Shown here: piece after piece, positions 21,745 through 30,995 of the stretch
Position numbering within the stretch: position 1 is the stretch's first letter
How the letters are laid out: every line of letters starts with the position of its first letter
NCBI GenBank assembly: GCA_026387175.1
Contig: JAPLME010000008.1
Span: forward strand, 77,091-141,090
From: Candidatus Omnitrophota bacterium
GTDB taxonomy: Bacteria > Omnitrophota > Gorgyraeia > 2-01-FULL-45-10
Direction: 5' to 3'
Length of the DNA stretch: 64,000 bases
Translations under genes and position numbers: made by a program
Notes under the pieces: model-generated
Database searches by the model: none
Seen by the model: only the letters and a program-made list of their open reading frames with translations
Told to the model about the DNA's origin: nothing

Positions 21745-22798
21745 GAAGATATTGATAGTCAGGCTTGACAGGATAGGCGATGTGGCGCTTTCAACGCCTG
21801 TTATAAAGGCGTTGAGAGATGCCCATCCCGATAGCTATATAGCGATGATGGTCCTGCCTTACGCGCGCGAGATAGTCGAAGGGAATCCATATCTCGATGA
21901 GGTCATAATTTATGATAAGGGTCGCGGTCATAAAGGAGTCGTAGGTAATTATAAGTTTGTGCGGGAATTAAAGAAAAAGAAGTTTGACATCGCCATAATA
22001 TTGCATCCGACTGCCAGGACTCATATGGCGCTCATGTTCGCGGGCATACCGGAGCGCATAGGCTACGATAAGAAGGCCGGATTCCTTCTCACAAAGAGGA
22101 TCCCGCACACAAAACAGTTTGGCATGAAACATGAGATAGATTATTCACTGGATATTCTCAAATATATAGGCATAAAGCCTTCGGCGAGGGAGCTCTGCAT
22201 GCCGATCAATAGCGTCTCTGAGCGAAAGATAGAGGCCATGCTTAAGGAGAATAATATTAAAGATTCCGATATTATTGTAGCGGTCAACCCGGGCGCAAGC
22301 TGCGCGTCGAAATGCTGGAACGTAGAAAAATTCGCTAAAGTCTCCAACCGCCTGACGGAGAAATACGGCGCCAGGATAGTCGTAATATCGGGATCGGCCG
22401 ATAAGGTTCTCGGCGACAAGCTTGCCTCGCTTATCACTACTGGCTGTGTCAACCTATCCGGTAAGACCGGCATTGGTGACGTTGCGAGCCTCTTGAGGCG
22501 TGCCAGGCTCTTTATTTCTAATGACTCAGGGCCAGTTCATATAGGATGCGCCGTAGGCGTAAGCGTTATCGCGATATTTGGCAGGGGTGACCGCGGACTT
22601 TCTCCCAAGAGGTGGGGGCCCATCGGTAAGCATGATGCGGTGCTGCATAAGAGCGCAGGGTGTGAAATCTGTTATGCGCATAATTGCAAGTCAGCCTTCA
22701 AATGCCTTGATTCGATAACGCCGGAAGAAGTGCTTGCCGCCGCGGAAAAGATTTTAGGAAGCGGAAAAAAGCAAGTAGAAACAAAAGAGACCTTCTAA
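21737..22798 (+). CDS. GT9 family heptosyltransferase
   Basis: RLDRIGDVALSTP, NDSGPVHI; ATG at 21737 follows GAGGG. Confidence 0.88.
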   Translation: MSKKILIVRLDRIGDVALSTPVIKALRDAHPDSYIAMMVLPYAREIVEGNPYLDEVIIYDKGRGHKGVVGNYKFVRELKKKKFDIAIILHPTARTHMALMFAGIPERIGYDKKAGFLLTKRIPHTKQFGMKHEIDYSLDILKYIGIKPSARELCMPINSVSERKIEAMLKENNIKDSDIIVAVNPGASCASKCWNVEKFAKVSNRLTEKYGARIVVISGSADKVLGDKLASLITTGCVNLSGKTGIGDVASLLRRARLFISNDSGPVHIGCAVGVSVIAIFGRGDRGLSPKRWGPIGKHDAVLHKSAGCEICYAHNCKSAFKCLDSITPEEVLAAAEKILGSGKKQVETKETF

Positions 22799-22870
22799 CT
22801 TCGAAGGTCTTTTTGTAGGTGATAGGCCTGGATTGCTTTCGCTATCGTGCCATCTCCTCCAGTATTTCTA
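22775..22870 (-). ncRNA. Putative small RNA of about 95 nt, convergent on the LPS operon
   Basis: Minus-strand promoter; stems GGAGAUGGC/GCCUAUCACC and GAUAGC-GAAA-GCAAUC; then the terminator. Confidence 0.5.
22781..22816. terminator. Bidirectional intrinsic terminator
   Basis: ACAAAAGAGACCTTC-TAACTTC-GAAGGTCTTTTTGT; T-runs on both strands. Confidence 0.8.
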
Positions 22871-22875
22871 CTTAA

Positions 22876-22904
22876 AGTATGCCACAAGATTTTGGTTTCT
22901 ACAA
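22876..22904 (-). promoter_or_regulatory. Sigma70-type promoter driving the putative sRNA
   Basis: Minus strand TTGTAG-17 nt-CATACT with extended -10 TG. Confidence 0.55.
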
Positions 22905-23020
22905 GACCTCGGGCGAAATATTTATGGTTAAGAAAATAGTTAGAATTTCATTATGGCTTTTATTTCTTTACATAGTAGTGTCCGCATTTATTGAACTGAC
23001 GAAGGGGATAAGGTGGTGAT

Positions 23021-24094
23021 ATGAAGATAGGGATGATAGGGCTTCCACAGGTTGGTAAGAAGACATTGTTTGAGCTGCTCACTGCCCATAGGCCGACGGA
23101 GGCCGAGATCGCATCGCTCAAGCCCATTAAAGGCGTAGCGGAAATACTGGACGGCCGGTTTGACAGGTTATGCTCGATCTATAGCCCGAAGAAAAGGGTG
23201 CGCGCGAGGATCGATATAGAGCTGATCCCGAAAATCGAAAAAGATTCGATCGCCAAGGGCGACGTATTTAAGGACATAAACGACCTGGATGCCATCTGTC
23301 ATGTCGTGAGGGCTTTCAAGGATGATTCCGTATATCATGTAGAAGGTTCGATAGACGCAAAGCGTGATATAGATTTTGTTAATGCCGAGCTTATTCTCCA
23401 TGATCTTATCTTTATTGAGAAGAGAGTGGAGAGGCTCGACAAAACTATAAAGCAGACGAAGGAAGAGGCTGCTGTGAAGGAGAGGGAGGTCCTCGGAAAA
23501 CTGAAAGAACATCTCGATAAGAGCCTGCCCCTGCGCACCTTTGAATTGAGCCCTGAGGACAAGAAGTTTATAACAAGTTATCCGTTTATATCCTTGAAAG
23601 AGATGTTCATAGTCCTGAATGTTTCCGAAGACGCGCTTAAGGATACGAAACTGCGCTCGGAGCTTATAAATGAGCTTAAAGAAATTAAGATAGACGTGAT
23701 GCAGGTGTCGGCGAAGGTCGAAGAGGAGATAATGGCGCTTGAGTCCGAGGCGGAGAGAAGAGAGTTCATGCAGTCGCTCGGTATAACGGAGCCTGCAATC
23801 AACGTAATGACGCAACTCTGCCTGAGGACGCTGAATCTGATCTCTTTCTTTACCGTAGGCCCGGACGAGGTGCGTCAGTGGAACGTGAAGAGGGGCTCCT
23901 CTGCCCCAGAGGCGGCCGGAGTTATACATACGGACCTTCAGAGGGGATTCATCAGGGCCGAGGTGATAAAATACGGCGATCTGATAAGCCTCGGATCTGA
24001 AGAGAAAGTCAAGGAGACCGGCAAGTTTTACCTTAAGGGCAAAGACTACATTGTCGAGGATGGTGACATATTGACCATCCGGTTCAACGTTTAG
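23021..24094 (+). CDS. ychF: YchF/Obg-like protein with degenerate G motifs
   Basis: C-terminal TGS region FFTVGPDEVRQW, AAGVIHTDLQRGFIRAEV, GKDYIVEDGD, RFNV; P-loop reads GLPQVGKKT. Confidence 0.8.
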   Translation: MKIGMIGLPQVGKKTLFELLTAHRPTEAEIASLKPIKGVAEILDGRFDRLCSIYSPKKRVRARIDIELIPKIEKDSIAKGDVFKDINDLDAICHVVRAFKDDSVYHVEGSIDAKRDIDFVNAELILHDLIFIEKRVERLDKTIKQTKEEAAVKEREVLGKLKEHLDKSLPLRTFELSPEDKKFITSYPFISLKEMFIVLNVSEDALKDTKLRSELINELKEIKIDVMQVSAKVEEEIMALESEAERREFMQSLGITEPAINVMTQLCLRTLNLISFFTVGPDEVRQWNVKRGSSAPEAAGVIHTDLQRGFIRAEVIKYGDLISLGSEEKVKETGKFYLKGKDYIVEDGDILTIRFNV

Positions 24095-24103
24095 GGAACG
24101 GAG

Positions 24104-24226
24104 GCGAAAATATCTCTCCAGCTATCGTCGGATGGCGGAACTTTCGGGCGATGCTGGAGCGAGCGGCAAGCGGAAGCATTGCCCGAAAGTAAACGCCGGA
24201 CTGTAATATATAGATGATATTTTCGC
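24104..24226. repeat. 123-nt palindromic intergenic element, short copy
   Basis: Terminal IR GCGAAAATATC/GATATTTTCGC; inner stem ACTTTCGGGCGATGCT/AGCATTGCCCGAAAGT; near-identical core at 53525-53733. Confidence 0.88.
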
Positions 24227-24241
24227 TGTAGTGGATAGCAT

Positions 24242-24271
24242 TTGACGTCGTTATCGCGCATATGTTAGAAT
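24242..24271 (+). promoter_or_regulatory. Sigma70-type promoter for the heptose/Kdo operon
   Basis: TTGACG-18 nt-TAGAAT with extended -10 TG. Confidence 0.55.
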
Positions 24272-24299
24272 AACGCAGATTTCGAGAGGAAGACCTATT

Positions 24300-25244
24300 A
24301 TGAAGAAGCCAAAGCACAAGATAGACCTTAGCAAGGTCAGGACCATCCCGCTTAATGCCCGCAAGTGTAAAGTCTCTATAAGCGATTTTGCGAAAAGAGC
24401 CGAAAAGGGCGAAAGTTTTAAAGATTTTTACGATTCGCTACCCAATATACTTGCGGTCCAGGACCTTAAGGCGCTGGTCGATGCCGTAATCTCCGCATAC
24501 AAGAAAAAGAGGATGGTGATCATCATGATGGGCGCGCATGTGATAAAGTGCGGCCTTTCACCGCTCATCATCGACCTGATGAAGCGAGGGGTCGTAAAAG
24601 CCGTCGCGCTTAACGGCGCAGGGGTGATCCACGACACGGAGATAGCTCTGATAGGACGCACGAGCGAAGATGTCGGAGAAGGCATTCTCGACGGCTCTTT
24701 CGGCATGGCGAAGGAGACGGCAAATTTCATTAACGGGGCTATAAATTCAGGGTTCACCGGAGGAACGGGCATAGGCGAGTCCGTAGGCAAAAAGATAGTG
24801 GAGTCAAAGCTTCCGCACAGGAACCTGAGCATCCTGGCCAACGCGTATGAGTTGGACGTTTCCGTCACCGCCCATGTCGCCATAGGCACCGACATCATAC
24901 ATCAGCATTATTCCGCGAACGGCGCTGCGATCGGAGAGGGCTCGCTTCTCGATTTCAAAAATTTCATATACAGTGTCTCCAAACTCGAAGGAGGCGTACT
25001 TATAAATCTGGGATCGGCCGTGATACTGCCCGAGGTCTTCCTGAAGGCCATCACCGTAGCGCGTAATCTCGGCAATAAGGTCGATACTTTAACTACCGCT
25101 AATTTCGATATGATAAGACAGTACAGGCCGTACCAGAATATATTATCCAGGCCGACTTCGAAGGGCGGCAGGGGTTATAATATAATAGGCCATCACGAGA
25201 TAATGGTGCCGTTAATGTACCGCTCTATAATAGAAAAGATATGA
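24300..25244 (+). CDS. Conserved hypothetical protein, deoxyhypusine-synthase-like NAD-binding fold
   Basis: MGAHVIKCGL, NGAGVIHD, AIGTDIIH, GSAVILPEVFLKA, GHHEIM. Confidence 0.7.
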   Translation: MKKPKHKIDLSKVRTIPLNARKCKVSISDFAKRAEKGESFKDFYDSLPNILAVQDLKALVDAVISAYKKKRMVIIMMGAHVIKCGLSPLIIDLMKRGVVKAVALNGAGVIHDTEIALIGRTSEDVGEGILDGSFGMAKETANFINGAINSGFTGGTGIGESVGKKIVESKLPHRNLSILANAYELDVSVTAHVAIGTDIIHQHYSANGAAIGEGSLLDFKNFIYSVSKLEGGVLINLGSAVILPEVFLKAITVARNLGNKVDTLTTANFDMIRQYRPYQNILSRPTSKGGRGYNIIGHHEIMVPLMYRSIIEKI

Positions 25245-25245
25245 T

Positions 25246-26241
25246 ATGAGGACGAAGAGTTTCAGCGATTTCAAAAAAACTATAGCTAATTTCAAAAAAT
25301 CGAGCGTACTTGTCATAGGCGACCTGATGCTCGACGAATTTATTTGGGGCGAGGTGACTAGAATATCTCCGGAGGCTCCCGTTCCGGTCGTATGGGTAAA
25401 GAAAGAGAGCTTTATGCCGGGGGGCGCGTCGAATGTCGCCAATAACCTGAGGAGCCTTGGTGCGGATGTCCATCTCGTAGGCGTGGTAGGCGATGATGAA
25501 AACGGCGCTATATTAAAGGGAGAGCTTGAACAAAAAGGTATAAGGACGGCAGGTATCGTTACCGACGATTCAAGGCCCACCATACTTAAGACGAGGGTCG
25601 TCGCGCACCATCAGCAGGTCGTTAGGATCGATAAAGAGAATAAGGACAGGCTGAAAGACACCGTGATAGACAAGATGTCGGCTCATATCAAAGGCATGAT
25701 AAAGAATGTAGATGCGGTCATAGTGGAAGATTACGCCAAAGGCGTTATCACGCCGGCGCTCTTAAAAAAGATAATACCGCTTGCCAGGCATAATAAGAAG
25801 ATCATCGCCGTGGATCCCAAGGAAGAACATTTCAAATATTATAAGGGTATCAGTGTTATCACTCCCAACAATCATGAGGCCTCGAAGGCTGTCGGTTTTG
25901 AAATAAAAGACGATGCGACTTTGAGGAAAGCGGGAGCAAAGCTCTTGTCCAAGCTGGGATGCAGGATAGTCCTTATAACTCTGGGCGAGAACGGTATGGC
26001 GGTATTCCAGAAGAATAAGCCGATGGAACAGATACCGACGGTTGCTCAGGAAGTATTCGATGTTTCGGGGGCCGGCGATACGGTCATCGCAAGCTATGCC
26101 CTGTCGCTTGCCGCCGGCGCGGATCCGATCGTTGCGGCGCACATATCGAATTGCGCCGCCGGAATAGTGGTCGGAAAAGTGGGCATAGCGGTTGTGTCCC
26201 CGGACGAGCTTCTTGAGAGGATCAGGAAAGAACTGTTTTGA
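25246..26241 (+). CDS. rfaE1: D-glycero-beta-D-manno-heptose-7-phosphate kinase (stand-alone HldE domain I)
   Basis: GDLMLDEF, RISPEAPVPV, VFDVSGAGDTV. Confidence 0.93.
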   Translation: MRTKSFSDFKKTIANFKKSSVLVIGDLMLDEFIWGEVTRISPEAPVPVVWVKKESFMPGGASNVANNLRSLGADVHLVGVVGDDENGAILKGELEQKGIRTAGIVTDDSRPTILKTRVVAHHQQVVRIDKENKDRLKDTVIDKMSAHIKGMIKNVDAVIVEDYAKGVITPALLKKIIPLARHNKKIIAVDPKEEHFKYYKGISVITPNNHEASKAVGFEIKDDATLRKAGAKLLSKLGCRIVLITLGENGMAVFQKNKPMEQIPTVAQEVFDVSGAGDTVIASYALSLAAGADPIVAAHISNCAAGIVVGKVGIAVVSPDELLERIRKELF

Positions 26242-26256
26242 TAGGGAGGTCTATAA

Positions 26257-27009
26257 GTGAAGGCAATAGGAGTCATCCCGGCGCGTTGGGGCGCCACAAG
26301 GTTCGAAGGCAAGGTGTTAGCAAACCTGTTAGGAAAGCCGGTTATCCAGCATGTCTGGGAAAATGCGAAGAAGGCCAGGACGCTGGATGATCTGATCGTG
26401 GCATGTGACGATGAACGTATACTCAAGGCCGTCGAAGGTTTCGGCGGCAAGGCAGTTTACACTTCGCCGAGCCAGCCCTCGGGCACGGACCGCCTCGCCG
26501 AAGTAGTGAATGAGATGGATGTCGACATAATCGTCAATATTCAGGGTGATGAACCGCTTATAAGGCCTATCATGATCGATAATCTCGTGATGGCGCTTCA
26601 GGATGAGAAGACCGTTCAGATGGCGACTATAATAAAGAAGATCGACGACGCCTCCGAGCTTACCAATTCAAATGTCGTTAAGGTGGTAGTGGATAAGAAC
26701 GGGTATGCGCTCTACTTCTCAAGATACGCGATACCTTATAACAGGACGAGTGAGGTGGACCCGAAGAAGAGGCCCGTCTATTATAAACATATCGGTGTTT
26801 ACGCTTTCACGAAGGATTTCTTATTTACCTTTAAATCACTGCCGCACTCATCTTTAGAGAATGCTGAAAAGCTGGAGCAGTTGAGAGCGCTTGAATACGG
26901 ATATAAGATAAAGGTAGTTGAGACAAAGTTCGATACTGTCGGGGTGGACAGGCCGGAAGATTTAAAGAGGGCAGAAGAGGCTTTGCTGCGTGAGCATGAA
27001 ACTCAATAA
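26257..27009 (+). CDS. kdsB: CMP-Kdo synthetase
   Basis: IPARWGATRFEGK, SGTDR, NIQGDEP, EKLEQLRALE. Confidence 0.96.
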   Translation: MKAIGVIPARWGATRFEGKVLANLLGKPVIQHVWENAKKARTLDDLIVACDDERILKAVEGFGGKAVYTSPSQPSGTDRLAEVVNEMDVDIIVNIQGDEPLIRPIMIDNLVMALQDEKTVQMATIIKKIDDASELTNSNVVKVVVDKNGYALYFSRYAIPYNRTSEVDPKKRPVYYKHIGVYAFTKDFLFTFKSLPHSSLENAEKLEQLRALEYGYKIKVVETKFDTVGVDRPEDLKRAEEALLREHETQ

Positions 27010-27829
27010 TACGGCAAAAGAAGTTACTGTAGGCAGCATCAGAATGGGCGCCGGCAATCCGTTAGTCCTTATAGCCGGGCCATGCGTTATAGAGTCGGAG
27101 GCAAGCGCCTTGAGACATGCCAAGGCCTTGAAGGCGATAGCCAGAAAGGCCGGCATCCCCTTCATCTACAAAGCAAGTTACGATAAGGCAAATCGGACAT
27201 CGATCACATCTTACAGAGGTCCCGGAATCAAGAAGGGCCTCAAGATACTTAAAAGAGTAAAAGAAGAATTGGGCCTGAGTGTACTCTCCGACGTTCATTC
27301 CGGAGAGGAGATAAAAGAGGCGGCGAAAGTTCTCGATATCATTCAGATACCGGCCTTTCTCTGCCGCCAAACCGACCTGATACTGGATGCGGCAAGGACA
27401 GGTAAGGTGATAAATATTAAGAAGGGACAATTCCTCGCGCCGTGGGATATGAAGCATGTCGTGAAGAAGATAGAGTCTGTGGGCAATAAGAAGATACTGC
27501 TTACGGAGCGCGGCGTCAGTTTTGGGTATAATACGCTTGTGAGCGATTTCAGATCGCTGTTGATAATGAAAGAATTGGGATACCCTGTGGTATATGATGC
27601 CACTCACTCCGTACAGTCGCCAGGGGGCATGGGCGAGAGATCCGGCGGCGATCGGAAATATATTCCCTATCTTGCCATGGCCTCGGTCACATGCGGCGCC
27701 GACGCTGTATTTATGGAGGTTCACGAGGAGCCGGAGAGCGCTCTTAGCGACGGCCCTAATATGGTGAAGATGAGCGAACTTGAAGGATTGCTGGTGAAGC
27801 TTGTGAAGATAGAGAGGATCGTCAGATAA
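26996..27829 (+). CDS. kdsA: KDO8P synthase
   Basis: IAGPCVIES, KASYDKANRTS, DATHSVQ, ALSDGP. Confidence 0.96.
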   Translation: MKLNNTAKEVTVGSIRMGAGNPLVLIAGPCVIESEASALRHAKALKAIARKAGIPFIYKASYDKANRTSITSYRGPGIKKGLKILKRVKEELGLSVLSDVHSGEEIKEAAKVLDIIQIPAFLCRQTDLILDAARTGKVINIKKGQFLAPWDMKHVVKKIESVGNKKILLTERGVSFGYNTLVSDFRSLLIMKELGYPVVYDATHSVQSPGGMGERSGGDRKYIPYLAMASVTCGADAVFMEVHEEPESALSDGPNMVKMSELEGLLVKLVKIERIVR

Positions 27830-28788
27830 TGCCGAGAGCCATAGCCAAAAAAGTCCTGAAGATAGAGGCGGACGCGATAGCCGGCCTGATACCGAGGATC
27901 GACGCCAATTTTGAGAAGATCGTAAAGCTCATCTATAAAGTGGAAGGCCGTATCATAGTGACCGGTATGGGTAAACCCGGATTCATCGCCCAGAAGATAT
28001 CGGCCACGCTCTCTTCGACCGGTACTCCGTCGCTATATCTGCATCCGGCGGAAGCCCTGCACGGCGATCTCGGCCGCGTTACTAAAAAAGACCTGATACT
28101 CGCGCTTTCGAACAGCGGAGAGACAGAAGAGATCATAAAGTTCCTGCCGATCGTGAAGAAGATAGGCGCAAAACTGGTTTCAATGACGGGTAATACCCGG
28201 TCTACACTCGCGCGTTTTTCGGATTACACGATGAACACTTCGGTGAAGAGAGAAGCGTGCCCGCTGGGACTCGCGCCGACTACATCTACTACGGTGATGC
28301 TCGCTATGGGTGATGCGCTCGCGGTCGCGCTTTTAGAAAAGAAGGGATTCAAGGAGAAGGATTTCGCGTTCTATCATCCGGGAGGAATCCTCGGTAAGAG
28401 GCTGCTGCTTACCGTGGCGGATATTATGAGAAAAGGGCATGATAATCCTATTGTAAAAGAAAATGCCAAAGTAAAACAAGTGCTATTAACAATAACAAAG
28501 TCGAGGGCTGGCAGCGCGAGTGTTGTTGATCGCAGAGGCAGGCTTGTCGGCATATTTACCGATGGAGATCTGAGGAGGCATCTCGAGACCAACCCAAGGC
28601 TGATCGAATGCGAAGTGAAGTATGCTATGACGAAGAACCCGACAGTGATAACTAAAGAGAGATTAGCCGCGGAAGCTTTTGACATACTGAGATCAAAAAG
28701 GATAGATGAGCTGCCTGTGGTCGATGATAAAAAGCGGCCCATAGGCCTTCTGGATGTGCAGGATATACTGAAGGCAGGGCTTGTATGA
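27829..28788 (+). CDS. kdsD: Arabinose-5-phosphate isomerase (SIS plus two CBS domains)
   Basis: TGMGKPG, EALHGDLG, LAPTTST, HPGG, IFTDGDLRR. Confidence 0.94.
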   Translation: MPRAIAKKVLKIEADAIAGLIPRIDANFEKIVKLIYKVEGRIIVTGMGKPGFIAQKISATLSSTGTPSLYLHPAEALHGDLGRVTKKDLILALSNSGETEEIIKFLPIVKKIGAKLVSMTGNTRSTLARFSDYTMNTSVKREACPLGLAPTTSTTVMLAMGDALAVALLEKKGFKEKDFAFYHPGGILGKRLLLTVADIMRKGHDNPIVKENAKVKQVLLTITKSRAGSASVVDRRGRLVGIFTDGDLRRHLETNPRLIECEVKYAMTKNPTVITKERLAAEAFDILRSKRIDELPVVDDKKRPIGLLDVQDILKAGLV

Positions 28789-29315
28789 TTAGCCAGGATC
28801 TTCTGGATAGGGTAAAGAAGATAAAGGTTCTGATCCTGGACATAGACGGCGTCATGACGGACGGCCACATCATCTATTCGATATATGGCGATGAACTTAA
28901 GTTCTTTGATGTGCAGGACGGGTTCGGTATAACGCTTTTACTCAGGGCCGGCATAAAGAGCGTGATAATCACCGCGAAGAAATCGAGAATAGTGAAATTA
29001 AGGGCGCGCGATATGAAGGTGGCAAAAGCTTACCAGGGCTATACGGTCAAGCTGAAAGCCTTTAATCATGTTATAAAGAAATTCAAGGTGAAACCCGAAG
29101 AAGTCTGTTTTATAGGCGACGACCTGATAGATATACCTGTCTTGAAACGTGTCGGGCTGGCTGTCGCGGTTCCCAACGCAGTAGAGGAAGTGAGGCAGTG
29201 CGCCCACTTTGTCACATCGAGAGCCGGAGGCCACGGAGGTGTCCGTGAGCTTTGTGATCTCATTCTCAAGTCCCAGGGTAAATGGGATCTCGCCACCGAT
29301 AAGTACTTCAAGTAG
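28785..29315 (+). CDS. kdsC: KDO8P phosphatase (HAD family)
   Basis: DIDGVMTDG, IGDDLID, GGHGGVRE. Confidence 0.93.
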   Translation: MISQDLLDRVKKIKVLILDIDGVMTDGHIIYSIYGDELKFFDVQDGFGITLLLRAGIKSVIITAKKSRIVKLRARDMKVAKAYQGYTVKLKAFNHVIKKFKVKPEEVCFIGDDLIDIPVLKRVGLAVAVPNAVEEVRQCAHFVTSRAGGHGGVRELCDLILKSQGKWDLATDKYFK

Positions 29316-29364
29316 TATTTTTCCGCTCAAGCGGTTACTATAGCGCATCCAAGGATGGGGGAGG

Positions 29365-30297
29365 ATGTTTAGAAAAGCGTTATTTTTTACTATAGTGATT
29401 ATAACGGTATGTATCTTCAGCGCAATCGCCAAAGAAAGCACAGATATTGAGAAAGCGGAGGCTTGGAATCCTCCTTCCACCGGCCCTTTAAACACACAGA
29501 GCGCGCCCCTTTTAAAAGCCAAAGAATTAGTTATCCAGCCGTACTTCTTCTATTACCGCGCCCGCGGTATATTTAATGATAAAGGGTCTTATAAATCATT
29601 TAAAGACGGCAAAAAGGCCTATCAGTATGTGGGCGATCTCATTCTCTATTATGGTGTAACCGACAAATTAGAGATAGATCTCGAAGGGTTCTATTATTGG
29701 AATTATAAAGAACTTGCGCCGAACGTTAACGCGAATGACGGGGGTTTTGGAGATTCATATGCATATGCCCGATATTGCCTGGTCGAAGAGACGACCCAGG
29801 AGCCGTGGATGCCGTGCATAACGGCACTCGCCCAGATGAGATTTCCAACAGGTACATACCAAAAGGGAAGCCCGGGGAAGCTCGGCACCGATATAACGGG
29901 AACGGGTTCTTATGACCAGGGCTACGGGGTCATCCTGACAAAGAAGATAAAGCCTTTCATCCTGCACACGGACTTTATTTATAACATTCCGATGCGAACA
30001 AAGATCAATGGTGTTAAGATCAATTATGCTGATTACGTGAATCTGGATTACGCAGTAGAATATATTTTACCGAAAGGATTCAGCCTGATGCTGGAGACCA
30101 ATTATCTCTGGCAGGGCGATCAAAAGAGAAACGGAACTCTTGCTCCCGATACAGATTCAAGTTCGCTTTTACTGGTTCCCGGAATAGGGTGGTCATCTGA
30201 AAAGGTGAAGGCGCTCCTATGTTATCAGAGAACCATAGCCGGCAACAATACTAATGTGAATGATTCGCTCGCGTTTACAATGATATACACATTCTAG
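29365..30297 (+). CDS. Putative outer-membrane beta-barrel (MetA-pathway/transporter-like)
   Basis: Signal peptide, GGFGD, FPTG, GTGSYD, C-terminal aromatic YTF; directly upstream of cbiM. Confidence 0.65.
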   Translation: MFRKALFFTIVIITVCIFSAIAKESTDIEKAEAWNPPSTGPLNTQSAPLLKAKELVIQPYFFYYRARGIFNDKGSYKSFKDGKKAYQYVGDLILYYGVTDKLEIDLEGFYYWNYKELAPNVNANDGGFGDSYAYARYCLVEETTQEPWMPCITALAQMRFPTGTYQKGSPGKLGTDITGTGSYDQGYGVILTKKIKPFILHTDFIYNIPMRTKINGVKINYADYVNLDYAVEYILPKGFSLMLETNYLWQGDQKRNGTLAPDTDSSSLLLVPGIGWSSEKVKALLCYQRTIAGNNTNVNDSLAFTMIYTF

Positions 30298-30314
30298 GCG
30301 AAAAGAGAGGATAT

Positions 30315-30995
30315 ATGCATATACCCGATGGATATCTGGGGCCCGCTACCTGCGGTTTTTTTTACGCGATAATGGTCCCGATATGGGCCCTGGCTTCAAA
30401 GATAGTCAAGAAGACGCTTAATGCGAAGCAGGTGCCGCTTCTAGCCATAGGCGCGGCATTCAGTTTTGTCATTATGATGTTCAATGTGCCGATACCCGGA
30501 GGAACGACAGGGCACGCTGTAGGAGGTGTGCTGGTCGCTATCCTTATAGGCCCCTGGGCGGCGTGCATAGCTATCACGGTTGCTTTGGCAGTGCAGGCGC
30601 TTCTTTTCGGAGACGGCGGTATCACCGCTCTCGGCGCGAATTGTTTTAATATGGCATTTGCGCTGCCGTTCGCCGGCTACTATATATATAAAGCAATCAG
30701 CTATAACTCTCCTATAGGTTCAAACAGAAGGGTCATCGCCGCGGGTATTGCCGGTTATATCGCTGTAAGCGTCGCGGCCTCTTTGACCGGATTCGAATTC
30801 GGCATTCAGCCGTTATTGCATAAGACAGCGTCCGGACAGGCGTTGTATTGCCCTTATGGGTTGAATGTGGCGCTGCCTGTCATGCTGGGAGAGCATCTTT
30901 TAGTATTCGGATGGATAGAGGCCCTCGTGACGGCGCTTGTCGTCAAATATCTGCAAAAACAGGATCTTGGTTTACTTGGAGACGGGAGAGGGTGA
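30315..30995 (+). CDS. cbiM: ECF Co/Ni transporter S component
   Basis: N-terminal MHIPDGYL metal-binding motif, GGTTGHAVGG, FGDGGITALGAN. Confidence 0.93.
   Translation: MHIPDGYLGPATCGFFYAIMVPIWALASKIVKKTLNAKQVPLLAIGAAFSFVIMMFNVPIPGGTTGHAVGGVLVAILIGPWAACIAITVALAVQALLFGDGGITALGANCFNMAFALPFAGYYIYKAISYNSPIGSNRRVIAAGIAGYIAVSVAASLTGFEFGIQPLLHKTASGQALYCPYGLNVALPVMLGEHLLVFGWIEALVTALVVKYLQKQDLGLLGDGRG

Noticed and set aside
22815-22860. Fluoride riboswitch resemblance (GGAGAUGGCA...CCUAC) on the minus strand
   Set aside because: It lacks the UUCCUCC partner and the GAUGAUGCC pseudoknot strand, and no gene lies downstream on that strand.
22773-22873. TTTCTACT/AGTAGAAA resembling a Cas12a repeat stem
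   Set aside because: No repeat-spacer array and no cas genes in the window.
24084-24317. Minus-strand ORF sharing the peptide SSIARKFRH with ORF 53444-53626
   Set aside because: The similarity is just translation of the palindromic DNA repeat; starts, stops and lengths are not conserved.
29312-29342. TAGTA...TACTA dyad before the metal transporter operon as a NikR operator
   Set aside because: Arms are only 5 bp, spacing does not match known NikR sites, and no nikR is in the window; no cobalamin riboswitch fits in the short gap either.
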